From Trichinella spiralis (Eukaryota), in NCBI RefSeq assembly GCF_000181795.1, contig NW_003526943.1, forward strand, positions 7,089,566 to 7,153,565: a stretch of DNA of 64,000 bases. The letters run 5' to 3'. Positions 41,101 through 53,095 of the stretch are shown piece after piece (within the stretch, counting starts at the first letter, position 1; each line of letters starts with the position of its first letter). A program made the position numbers and the translations under genes. The notes beneath the pieces were generated by a model. It was given only the letters and a program-made list of their open reading frames with translations. It did no database searches and was not told the DNA's origin.

Positions 41101-42650
41101 GGAAATGTTATCATAAGTATAGAAATAAAAAAAAGGAATGGCATCTTGAAGTTGGTTGTTGGAAAGTGCAGGCGTTGAGGTATTAGACAATGTTTAACTA
41201 CATTAATTCAATTACACGTTTACACGTTTTAACACGTTTAATTTAAATTTTACAGTTTCACTCCGAGCAAGGTTGTTGAAATTTAGCCGCATCATATGCT
41301 TTTCTCCCGCTTTGCTATTTTCACGGATAGTTCTGGCGTATTTCTGTTATTTCATAAAAAAATGATTCGGCCGGTCATCGATTTTAAACGATGATATTAA
41401 AAGGCGAAGTGAAAAAAGCAGTTTATTATTTAAAAAAAGGCAATGCTATTATCAAAAAGAAATATGTCCTTATGTTTTTACGATGGTTGAAAATGGCGAT
41501 CGCAGTTTTTAATGTATGCATTTTTCAACAGTTAAACATGAAATAAACATAAAAGTAGTTGAGAAAAATTTCTATCGATTTCTTTTTATTTTTATTAAGC
41601 ATGATTAATTTCCTGTTTTGTTATTATAACCTTTTGATAAGGTTTTTTTCTATCAGACTTATTACATAACGTGCGCTGTTTGTTTGACGCATACGCAGGT
41701 GTATGCATTTCAAAAAAGCATTGTGTATGATCATTTTTCATTGTACTAGAAAAACAGATTATGTCAGATGTAATTGCATAATAGTATCATTGTTATCAAT
41801 TAATAAAATATTAGGAAGTACTTTTCATTACTATGTACATGCAGTACTGGCATGATTAATTGTAACTATGATGATTTGTGCATCGGAAACGAGTTTTCCT
41901 TCGAAAAAATTAGGCAAAAAAATTGCAAATCAACGCATACATTGAAAACAGTGCACTTACTTTTCAACATAAATTAATAACATAACAGTCAAATTAAACG
42001 AGTAATAATGCACTGAAGTATGTAAGCCGAATCCATACGATATGGTAATAAACTTCAAATGTCCCTAGTTATTAGGAAGCTATAAAATTTGATATAATTT
42101 TAAAATTTAATGAAATGTAAAATTATGCATATGGATTAAATTCAAATCTTTTGACTTATTATTTTGACCTTTTGATCTTTTGACTTTAATGCATATTCCC
42201 TTTATTTTTTACTGTTTTATTTATTGATCATTTATTTATTTTTTTTAACAATTACAACTATTTTATTAAATAAAATACAAAAAGGTAACATTAAAACGTG
42301 AAAATCACGAATTAAATACTATAAAAATTAATCTTCACTCACCTTTATTTTCATTTATTTACTTTTGAGTGATATTGATTTATGTTTTTATGATATAACT
42401 TTTTGTAGTTTTTATAATTTAATTAATCACAAAGTGGCTTATTTTATAACGTTTGAGAGTAATAATCACTGTGACGGTTATTTTGTTATTTATTTGCTTT
42501 TTGCCTGTCTTCATTTTATTGTTGTGTTTTTTTCACAGAATTAAACATTCACAGCATTTACAGATGCGTATTTCAAAAATTTTTTTACTACCATTTTAGT
42601 TTACCTCCAGCTGTGCTTTAATATTGAAGTGTGCATGAAGCTGTTGTAGA

Positions 42651-45090
42651 ATGGCTACAAATACTAGTAAGCCTTTAGTTATTTTAATAATTATACCATA
42701 TGCTGATAAGTTATGTATGCAGTTATTTTATTAATATTAGTATCCATTATTTGTTTTTAATATTACATAAAGTATGGAAATAAATAATACAGTTTGTAAT
42801 GTTTAATATTTTAACGATTTTCAGATTTTCTTCATGAATTATTGGAAATTAGTTCCCCGCAGGGACAATTTGCCTTCGATACAGATTCACGGACACTGAT
42901 AGCTTTTGCTCCAAATGATTCGGCTGTAGCTTGGGCAAGTCAAGGTTGTTTCATCACAGTGGTACTGAATCATTCCACCGACAATACCTCTCAAAGTAAT
43001 TAAGATAAAATACATTTCATTCTTGTAAACTAGTGCTCAAATTAATTTTACCAGTGATTTTTTTGTCATGTACTTATTTTATATTTTAAGTGAAATTATC
43101 TCTCAGTATAAATTATTTTGCGTAATACAGTTTTTGAATTGATTATTTTAGGCATTTTTGAAATTTTTTGAAAATTGCTTTTTTCTAAATTTGAAGTATT
43201 TTTGATTTGCTTACGTACGCAATATGATACTAAACGAATTTATTCAAATTTAAATACTACTGTTGTTGTTTCAACTGGGAATTTTTTTTGAGGAGAAAGA
43301 CATGAAACAACAAAATAATTATGAGATATTTATTTTGAAAGTTTGCAATTTAAAGTGAACATCATTTTAAAAGTTCTCTTGAAAAAAACAGCGATTGAAT
43401 ATGAATGTATTGTTTATTTCAGACTGCACAAGAGCTTTGTTTTCTAAGGAAAATTTGAGTCGTCGTCGTATAATTATTGTAGAATCAAATGCTATGGTGT
43501 TTTCAATCGCTTTTGGATATGCATCTCTGTCAAGTTTTATATTTCTTTTTGGTTCCGCTAGAAATGAAATGAGAAAAAATGATCGAGGTTCTGTACTACT
43601 TCTAGCTGCTGGTATGGATGATGGCAGTATTCGCATTTATTGCCCCAAAACAGGTTGATCTCAGATTTAGCATTGGCCAAATTTATTTTATTATTTTCGG
43701 TTCATTAGGTTCTTTTCTTATGCAACTTCTTGACCACAGAAGCATTGTTTGTGATATTAAGTTTTCACCTTCAACGGCATCCATGCGATCTACGCTGTTG
43801 TCATGTTCAAGAGATTCAACGTTGAAACTCTGGGATATGGATGATCAAGGGAACATGTTCAGAACTCTTGAGGTAAGTTTTGCAGTTTCATTATTTATTA
43901 ATTATTTTTTGTTAATCTTTCATTTAATGTTGAAATATTCATGTGATTGAAAATTTTTACTGTTGACGTTAATTTGACATTTCGCTTTTTTCTTGGCACA
44001 CTAGGGTCATGGTAACAGGGAAATCGTTACATGCTGTTCTTGGTCTTTTGACGGAAAATATGCTGCCAGTGGTGGCACCGACACTATGGTAAGTTATTGG
44101 TTGCTTGCTTTTATTCTAATTTACATAAGTTTAATCATAATCATTAAAAATAAGCACAATCTGATATTGTATTGATTGACTTGATTGCAATTGCATGCAG
44201 CATATATCGTTAACTGGTATAATATTTTTTTATTTATTATTTTCTTATTATTGTGAAATTTGATGTTTGTTTCTTTTTGCATGTCTATTTTCCTCCTAAT
44301 GTATGAATGGTTTTTTGTTTTGTTTCTGTTTACTGTTTAGCTAATTATTTGGGAAACTGCTCGTTGGACTCCGTTCCATTACCTAAGGTCACACAGAAAT
44401 GCCATCACATGCTGTGAATTTGCCGCGGACAACACTTTGATTGCTTCATGTTCTATGGACACTTCACTTATACTGTGGAATTACCATTTCGGTTATCCGC
44501 TTGCTTATTTTTGGTAAGGATGCTTATTTGTGTTTTGTTGCTATAAACTGGGTTTGCTTTTTATTATTAGGCATCGAATTCCTGCTCCTCAAACCGTATT
44601 TCAATTTTCTTTGAATAGACACCATGTTCGAGATTTGTCTTTTTCAACAGATTGTCAACACATGGCGACAGTATGTGATGATGGGTAAGTTTTAATTTTT
44701 GTCGAAATGTTGCATGCAGTCTGTAATGTTAAATTTTAGAAATGTTCGAATTTGGAGCATCAACCACGTGACATGTCCAAAATACATAAAGACAGTACAA
44801 GACTGCTCTTCCGTTGCTTACTCCAATGATGGTTCAATTTTCATTATTGGGTAAATATCACCCTAATTTATTTTACTGTTATTGGAAAAATTAGTTGCTT
44901 TTGTAGAGACAAAAAGGGTTCAGTACAAATTTACTCTGCCCGGTTGTCAGTTCTCAAATTGGCATTTTTAGCTCGAAAAATTGTACTGCAGAATTACACT
45001 GAAAACGACCTAATGAAGGAAAACATACCCGACATCTTGAAAAATTATTTGCATTTCAGTGAAGTGGGAATTGGGGTAATGCAGTGGTAA
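42651..45090 (+). CDS. WSB1: WD repeat and SOCS box-containing protein (WSB)
   Basis: Multi-exon. Motifs IAFAPNDSAVAW, VFSIAFG, LLLAAGMDDGSIRIY, LLDHRSIVCDIKFSP, LLSCSRDSTLKLWDMDDQGNMFRTL. C-terminal SOCS box LAFLARKIV...IPDILKNYL. Stop TAA at 45088-45090. Confidence 0.9.
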
Positions 45091-45970
45091 CCAACAAATC
45101 TTGAGCTGTTTTTTTTGTTTTACAACCCCCTGCTTGGTTTTTCTCTGCTGTTCTTGTTTAGTGATAAAAATGCGGATAATGTTTATCCAGCTTGTTTACC
45201 TTTTCTTTTCTTTTGACACATTAATCAGTTATTAATGATACACAGTGTTACTGACTTAACACAAATTACTTTCACTTTTTCAGTGGATTAACAATGCAGT
45301 GTGAATAAAAGTTTTAGAATACATTATTGACTGGAATAATAATTTCTCTAATATTAATTATTGTACGTAAGTCGTTTTTTGAAAATTAAATTTATGAAGA
45401 ATCTGCCCAATAGGAATGCATTAGGCATATTAATATGTCAAGAAATTTAGACTAGGTAATACATTCAATTTTAATTTGCTTGCTCATATTTCTATAAAAA
45501 GGGATAATTCAAAAGCAATGAAATATTAAAATAAAACAATTCTTACGAAATAAAGTTAAAAATATTTCATCAAATAGTTGTATTGAAGTCGAATGACTGA
45601 TAATTTATCAAAATAAGAAAAGCAATTTTATCATTTATTCTGAAGAGCAGTCGACCTGAAAATAGTACAACATAAAAGCATTAATGTTGGAAAATCTTTA
45701 AATTGTTGAAATGTCTGGAAATGTTTTTAATTTTGCAAAATTTGGAAATATAGCTAAGGCAATAAACTCTTTTTAATTATTTAACATAAAACATCCTGAA
45801 TACACGTATTTCATACTGTACATACCAATAAAATATTAAAAAAATAAATTTTGAATAATTTCATGCTTAATTTAAAAATTAACTCTGAAACACCTTTTTA
45901 ACTGTAATACTTTGAACGTTAATCATTTCGTTGTTCAGAATAACTTAATGGTCGATTTATAAATAATAAT

Positions 45971-46338
45971 ACACTGTAGCGAACACAACGTAATTTGATG
46001 CTCGGTCAGTGGACTGTTTTGTTGTTTCCGCATTATGATAGATCGTCATAGCATTATGCTATAAATTCGTCAGCCAGTCGAGCGGCCTCTTTGATCCAGC
46101 AGTTGCGCGGATCCACACAACCGGGCGTGGCCCGTTGTCTATTGCCCATTCCTATGCCTTCAGCACGCCTCCATGCTATGCCGCCATTGCCCAACACTAG
46201 CAGCCAGCTCGGATGGCCATTGAAATCATTTTTTACCACCCTTAATGGTGTCCCTGCCGTCCTCGACTCATATACGGGCATCGTGGAATCTTGCATGGGC
46301 CTCGCGGAGTTTGCGGGAAATTCGCGTTTCCAACATAC
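45971..46338. ncRNA. Candidate structured non-coding RNA (unclassified GC-rich island)
   Basis: About 370-bp island far richer in GC than its AT-rich flanks. It contains several nested helices and, on the + strand, a terminal hairpin followed by ACA. No recognisable protein and no recognised RNA family. Confidence 0.35.
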
Positions 46339-46386
46339 ACATAATTTTAATTGAAATAAATACAAAATTGCTAATTACAGAATATC

Positions 46387-46417
<31 letters not shown>

Positions 46418-46580
46418 ATTTAATAAAAATTCCGAATAAAACTTTTGCATTTATATGCCAACGTTGGTTCTATTTTCGCATCATCCGATCAAAACAGCAA
46501 ACAAAAAATTAAATTTTACGAAAACAGAATGCTCATCAACTGAAATTTATTTCTGCTTTGCTAAACATATTATTCACGTT

Positions 46581-46922
46581 TCAATCAAATAATCCAAAGC
46601 CCATATCTTCGTCTTCTTCATCAGATTCCGGTTTCTTCTCCTCTTTCTTTGCCGCAGGTGCGCCAGCTTCAGGCTTTGGAGCTTCCGCAGTGGCAGGCGC
46701 TGCTGCAACCGAAGCTGATCCAATACCGCAGCTTAAACAATTTAACAAATCTCCAATGTCCACTTTGGATAACGCATTCACATAAAGATTTAACCAAATT
46801 TTATCAACGTGAACATTTGAAGCTTCCAGAACTGATTGAAAATTTTCCATTGTGATACTTTTACCACCATCGTGAAGAATCAAAGCAGCGTAGCAACAAG
46901 CCAACTCAGTGCTCAAAGCCAT
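46581..46922 (-). CDS. RPLP1: 60S acidic ribosomal protein P1 (intronless CDS)
   Basis: MALSTELACCYAALILHD...EEKKPESDEEDEDMGFGLFD*. The ATG follows a TTAG acceptor. A probable pyrimidine-rich non-coding exon ends at a GTGAG donor near 47185. Confidence 0.97.
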   Translation of the reverse strand: MALSTELACCYAALILHDGGKSITMENFQSVLEASNVHVDKIWLNLYVNALSKVDIGDLLNCLSCGIGSASVAAAPATAEAPKPEAGAPAAKKEEKKPESDEEDEDMGFGLFD

Positions 46923-47460
46923 TTTCCTAAGTGAAAGGACTGATGTTAATATTTTACACCGTAAAACTGAGAACATGAAACATTTAAATTATCAATTAAA
47001 TCAAAAACATTTGAACCATTTAAAAGTATCGCATCAAATCTTTTTTCCATGCAATGACAAGAAGCAAAGTATTTTAAACTGTAAGAATGAATTGAAAGGA
47101 AACAAGAAAAGACAAATGAAACAATACTATAAACATTACACTAATCTGAAAATGTAAAAAAGATTTCTAAAATTAGACAGCTCACGCAAAAACAAAAAAA
47201 ACGGCACAAACATTAGGGATCCTATAGAAACATAACGGATGTAACAATTACAGTAGCAATACACGTAAAGAATAAAAAGTAAGTTCAATTACAGAATGTG
47301 GAATAACTAAATACGAGTGGTAATAAAAATCTTCAAATAATTTATGTACTATGTCAAATATTCAAAAAAATTGTAATAATTTTATTTCAAATCGGTGAGT
47401 ACGCACTTGATTTCGCAACTTTAATAGGCCGACGGCTTTGGATACTTCACATTACTTATT

Positions 47461-47515
47461 ATTGGCCATTAAGAGCAGCTGTTTTATTGGCTACTTCTTG
47501 TACCTTTATGATTGG
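47461..47515 (-). promoter_or_regulatory. Three phased CCAAT boxes in the RPLP1 / zinc-knuckle divergent promoter
   Basis: ATTGG on + at 47461, 47486 and 47511, exactly 25 bp apart. Confidence 0.45.
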
Positions 47516-48419
47516 TTACCACTTCGCTGGAATAGGATCTCTCCGTAAAATTCTCAAGGATAATTTTCTATCTGTTGGCAAAAAGTCGAGCTTTCATCGC
47601 ATAGCTTCTGTTTACATAGCTATGGCGTAATAGCATTGTGGTCTCCCCAAAACTTTTCATTGATTGAAACATTTCATGTAAAACCAAATACTGCGGCCTT
47701 CTCTATCATAATGGAAAACGGTTCCTGCGATTGCATTTAATCTAAGTCAGCTTTCGATAAATTACTATCTTAAAGACTCCTCAATAATAGTTATTAAACT
47801 TCAAATAAAATTTTTTACAATGGCAATATTCAAAATTACATGACAAATGCATTCCAATGGCATGCTGCAAAGAATTTCTACATGCAATCAGAAGAAAAAC
47901 CGTTCTTTTTAACGTAAAATATGAATATATTAAGTGAATAATAAAAATGGTAACTAAAAGTTCAAACTTACAATGCAGCACCGTAGATAATAACTGTTCA
48001 ATTAGATAAACAAGAAATTAGAGTGTTTCGAATGACAATGAACAAAGCAACAAAAGTGGATTAGAGAAACTGCAATTAATAATGAGAGCGTGCAAATCAT
48101 TTGCCGTTAATAACGTTATCAAATTACAATGAACGAAATTACACATAATTATATTATTATGTCACACCTTCTTAATTATTGGGGAGATAACAATGCTAAG
48201 ACTTAAACAAAAGTGAATGAACATTTAGTCTGATATACAACAATAAATTACAAAATTAAGCTTAAGTTTGTTTATCATAACATCTATGTAGGACATCAGC
48301 GAAATCTACAGCTAGAAAAACAAAGCATTTTTTGTGAACACAAGCAAGTACGGGTCACTGAGCTCAGCCAATGAAATAGCAGAGCAAACGATATCCTCCT
48401 CTGATGTTATGGCATTTAG

Positions 48420-49438
48420 ATGAAACTCATTCTGCAAATCGGAAGAGCGAGAAGAATGTCGGATGTACGGGACGAGAACAAGGCGCCAAAAACCAACGAA
48501 GACAGCCGTGCAGCAAAGGGAAGTATGCAGGCACCATTGGTGAAAAAAGAAAAAAATCGTAAGTAGCAAACTTTGAGCAATTTGTAGAATAAGCAACAGA
48601 GGAAAAGTAACAAAATGCACTGAGAATCATTTGTACATGTTGCGTAAGTTCATTGGAGAAGGCATAAAAATAATCTCATCTTATCATCTTCTACTATCAG
48701 TGCATAGGCTAGAAATTTAACTGGAATTGAATTCATTAATAACATAGGTGATTCTGAAATTTCTTTAATAAGGCTGCTAAAGGGAGTAAAACTGCGGTAT
48801 ACTGCATGACTGCAATGTCATTTTCAAAATTATTTGCTTTATTTTGTTTTAAGCATCAGAGAGCACTCTAAAGAAGGTTTTGAGCAGAAAAAAATTTCAT
48901 TTGCAGATGTTCTTTTTTCTTCATCCAATATATTTTCATTTCATTTCTTTAATTCCAACTATCAAATCAAAAAAGACAAAGTTATTTTGGATACACCATA
49001 ACACACATGTTTAAATAACAGCAATTTCAAATAAGATTTGCATACGTGTGTAATATATGAGATTTCTTTAATTTCAGTTACATACCATTCTACAAATATA
49101 TTAAACAACATGATAGTTTCAGGAACAAGAGAAAATTTAACAGAAGAAGAAAGGATCATGCTGATGATGAAGGAATCCACAGAAGCATACGATCCAAAAT
49201 AGTAAGTAAAATACAGAGTTGTGATCATTTATAAATATCATCTTTTAGTTATGTAAAAATTCCTCAAAGGAAAAGAAAATCAGCATGGTCATCTTACTGC
49301 AAGCGGTGCAGGAAGGAAGGGCACTGCATACAGAATTGCCCACTGGTATGTTTATGTCATAATTAAGAAATCAGCTTTATAATTAATGGCAAATTTTCAA
49401 TTTTTCAGCTGCATTACAAAAGAAGAAAAGACTGCTAG
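48420..49438 (+). CDS. Small CCHC zinc-knuckle protein, RBBP6/Mpe1-like segment only (~102 aa)
   Basis: Exons 48420-48522, 49123-49201, 49249-49345 and 49409-49438 join in frame with GT-AG sites: ...NLTEEERIMLMMKESTEAYDPKYYVK...YCKRCRKEGHCIQNCPLLHYKRRKDC*. Exon 1 is the least certain. Confidence 0.75.
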
Positions 49439-50373
49439 TAACAAGTAAAATCTATTAATTATTTAGGCAAATATAATGAAAATAATAATATTTCATTTAA
49501 ATGTGATTTAAGTGCACAATTCACATAATCACTGAATCAATCTTTGCTTTTTAATTACTTATTTTTTGCATAAAAGCTCACAAAGTGAGCTGATTTTATA
49601 ATTGCTCGTTGACTTTAATAATGCCTTTATTTTGGTGTAAGAATTTCATTTGCTTGATACGTACGGCAGATTTGCATTTTGATGATACAGAAAAACTGAC
49701 TGCGAATTTTCCAATGTCCTGGTTAAGAAAAAAGAAGAAGCGTGAAAGCCCGGATGCTATACCTTAAAGCATATTATGCATTTATCACTTACAGTTTGAT
49801 TGCTAACTGTATATGCTCATCATTATTTTAGTATATTATTTGTTGTGTTTATTAATAAAAGTTTTAATGCAATTGGAAGTACTTGATAAAATAATATTGT
49901 TCTGAGGCTGAAAAGGAAGTATAATCGCGGGTAGACTTATAATATTACACATTAACTTTCAAATGCATATAGTAATTTCGCATCTTTATGTTACAAAAGT
50001 ATATTTAAGAAATTATTATCATCCTATGAAAAGCGCAACCAAATTGATGTTAGCTTGTATTGCAAATCCAAATAGGATATGCATCTTACTTTTTATAATA
50101 CTATGCAATTTGCAAATTTGTCTTGAATAACATAGAAAATATTTATGTTAAATAACTGAAATGATATCAGTTGTTTTATTCCTTTATACAATATACCGTA
50201 CGTTTACAATACACCTATATTTTTTAATTAAAATTTAATTGAAAATGAATAGTTAACAGTATGACACTTTATAATACCATGAACATTTTATTAATGCAAA
50301 CAGAATAATTATCTTCATAGTTTTACATACGTAAATTGTTATTTAAATAAAAATTAAATTGTAATTTAGAGCA

Positions 50374-50764
50374 TTAGTATTTTCCACGAAAAAACAGAAA
50401 GCCCTTGTTTCCAGCGACGAAGTGTACACAATGACTGTCTTCAAATGTAACTTTCGAAGAAAATTTCCGACCAACAATGCAATGCCAAGGTGGCATATAC
50501 TTCTCATCTAATGTTAATTTTATTGCTTTTGCAATCTGAAATAAATATTAGAATTATTTTCACTTTCGCGAAGTTTAATGAAGAAAAAAATAATTTCACA
50601 TCTCTTTCATCATTATATTTTTCCAACGTGCTAAACGTTATTTTTATGACATCACGCAGCATGCTCATGTCCATATCAAGAAAACACAGCTGAACAACTT
50701 TCTTGAATTCCTTTTGCAGGGCTTCTTCCAATGTTGCGAAATTTGTTTCACATTCGTTTTCCAT
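50374..50764 (-). CDS. Dynein light chain (LC8 family), divergent paralog
   Basis: Exons 50764-50600 and 50535-50374: ...DMDMSMLRDVI...LEKYNDERD|IAKAIKLTLDEKYMPPWHCIVGRKFSSKVTFEDSHCVHF...FLFFRGKY*. Confidence 0.9.
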
Positions 50765-52050
50765 TCTCGCACAATAAATGGAAATGCGTGTTGTGCAGGC
50801 AAGCAAAATAAAATACTGATTTACAAATTGCACCTTTGAAATTGAAACTACTCGTATTTTAAAGTGTCTGGATTTAAAGCACTATTCTGTAAATTTTAGC
50901 ATGGTTTAAACGTAGCTCAAAATGAATTTTCTGGTGCTATTATAATTATTATTACTTTTATTTAATATGCACTAATAATAATTCTTCTAGTATGTGCTGC
51001 GTGATATGCATAAGAAATGCAAAGCAGCAGTGTAGTTGAAACATAGTTTAGTATTATTTATCATTTAATGAAAGATCATTTATTTCATTATGTATTTTAG
51101 TCAATATGTGAATGAAAAGTAAAAGATGTAAAAGTATTAAACAAATAATTTTGACGATGCTAAGTTAGAACGGTAAAAATGAAAAGCGACAGGAAGATTA
51201 AGCAGTTTGAAAACCCGTGCACTTTAACTGAAGTACTTTAATTCAATAAAATATTTCCTTCCTTGACAATAACCATGTTCTGATCTTGCATTGCAATATA
51301 CAGTTTTACAGAGAATAATTTATTTCAGTAAAAATAAAATGTCATACAATTTACGTTATTAATAATAATCTTGATTAAATTACGCTTTATAATAATATTT
51401 GTGTCGTTAAATAAGTATTGGCTTAGTTTAGATAGTTCCACATTTTTGATCAACAGCGATTTTTTTATCAGCGATCAAAATATTATAAATGAAAAATGTG
51501 AATGTGAAATCCTTGTTTGAAAATTTCTGGAATTTTCAGCTAAAGCAATTAAAGAACATTATTAATATAAACGAATGCGTAATTTTATTTTATGCATGAA
51601 AATTGTATTTCAAATCAAAATCACTTAGTGTACGGTAAAACGTAAAATTTACATTTCAAATTAAATCAAAATTCAAATTCATTTATTATATAAATGTTTT
51701 AATATGTTATTAAACAGCATTTTATAATATCATAATGTGATTGAATATATCCATTGATTGATTAGTTCTTATCGATTATTTTAATTGCATTTGTTTTTGG
51801 ATCAATCTAAAAAGCAAAAAAATATTATGTTTAAAAATAATTAAGTATTTCAAAATAATATTGTTACATAGATATGAACAATTTCAGGGAGTAGTTTATT
51901 TTGTGATTCATCCACATTTCGTTTTGTGGACATTTCGCCATCAGCACCGATGATAATCTCTGGTACGATCACTTTGGTAACAGTTTTCCAATTTATAGTT
52001 TTTTCAGGAAATTCTTTGAATTTCTGCATATAATCGGCAGTGTCATCCGG

Positions 52051-53095
52051 NNNNNNNNNNTTTTCCATTCATTGGGTCAAATATTCCATTTAGGATGCGT
52101 TACTTTATAATAGTGGCGGTAACATAAAAAATGGAATATTTATATCCCAAAATTTTATTGTTTGTTTGAAGTTTTGTCATTCATTGAAATTTTTTTTATT
52201 TAAATATATATTTGTGGTGAAGTTTATACTTTTTAATGATCAGCATTCCCGAAAATAATTTTTATCATTATTCTATATTTTATTGTACCAAAGTGACGTT
52301 ATATCAAATGCGATGGTAATAATTCAGAAAAAACAATACAAAAAATAGGTTAAATAGTGATTTTTATTTTTCACCAGCCAACAGCAGCAACAACAACAGT
52401 AAAGAACAGCCAACAACGGTCTAGTACAGATTTCTCTCCTGATATATAAATNNNNNNNNNNNNNNNNNNNNNNNNNNNNNNNNNNNNNNNNNNNNNNNNN
52501 NNNNNNNNNNNNNNNNNNNNNNNNNNNNNNNNNNNNNNNNNNNNNNNNNNNNNNNNNNNNNNNNNNNNNNNNNNNNNNNNNNNNNNNNNNNNNNNNNNNN
52601 NNNNNNNNNNNNNNNNNNNNNNNNNNNNNNNNNNNNNNNNNNNNNNNNNNNNNNNNNNNNNNNNNNNNNNNNNNNNNNNNNNNNNNNNNNNNNNNNNNNN
52701 NNNNNNNNNNNNNNNNNNNNNNNNNNNNNNNNNNNNNNNNNNNNNNNNNNNNNNNNNNNNNNNNNNNNNNNNNNNNNNNNNNNNNNNNNNNNNNNNNNNN
52801 NNNNNNNNNNNNNNNNNNNNNNNNNNNNNNNNNNNNNNNNNNNNNNNNNNNNNNNNNNNNNNNNNNNNNNNNNNNNNNNNNNNNNNNNNNNNNNNNNNNG
52901 GTCTAGTACAGATTTCTCTCCTGATATATAAAATCTGCTCCCACTGTTTTGTAAATAAATTTGTTGCCTGCTGAAAATTTATTAAAGAATTGGGATGTTA
53001 ACCTTCCGGGGTGAAATATCANNNNNNNNNNNNNNNNNNNNNNNNNNNNNNNNNNNNNNNNNNNNNNNNNNNNNNNNNNNNNNNNNNNNNNNNNN
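52051..53095. other. Assembly gaps (52051-52060, 52452-52899, 53022-53095)
   Basis: Runs of N. Confidence 0.99.

Noticed and set aside
46020..46076. Hammerhead-like CTGACGA...GAAAC on the minus strand
   Set aside because: Stems I-III and an NUH cleavage triplet cannot be assembled convincingly.
46151..46159. CCTATGCCT as a telomerase template
   Set aside because: It would encode TAGGCA rather than the usual nematode TTAGGC, and no convincing adjacent pseudoknot was found.
51763..52050. Coding-like fragment (DDTADYMQKFKEFPEK...; possible last exon IDPKTNAIKIIDKN*)
   Set aside because: Broken by a gap, no recognisable family, and weak splice support.
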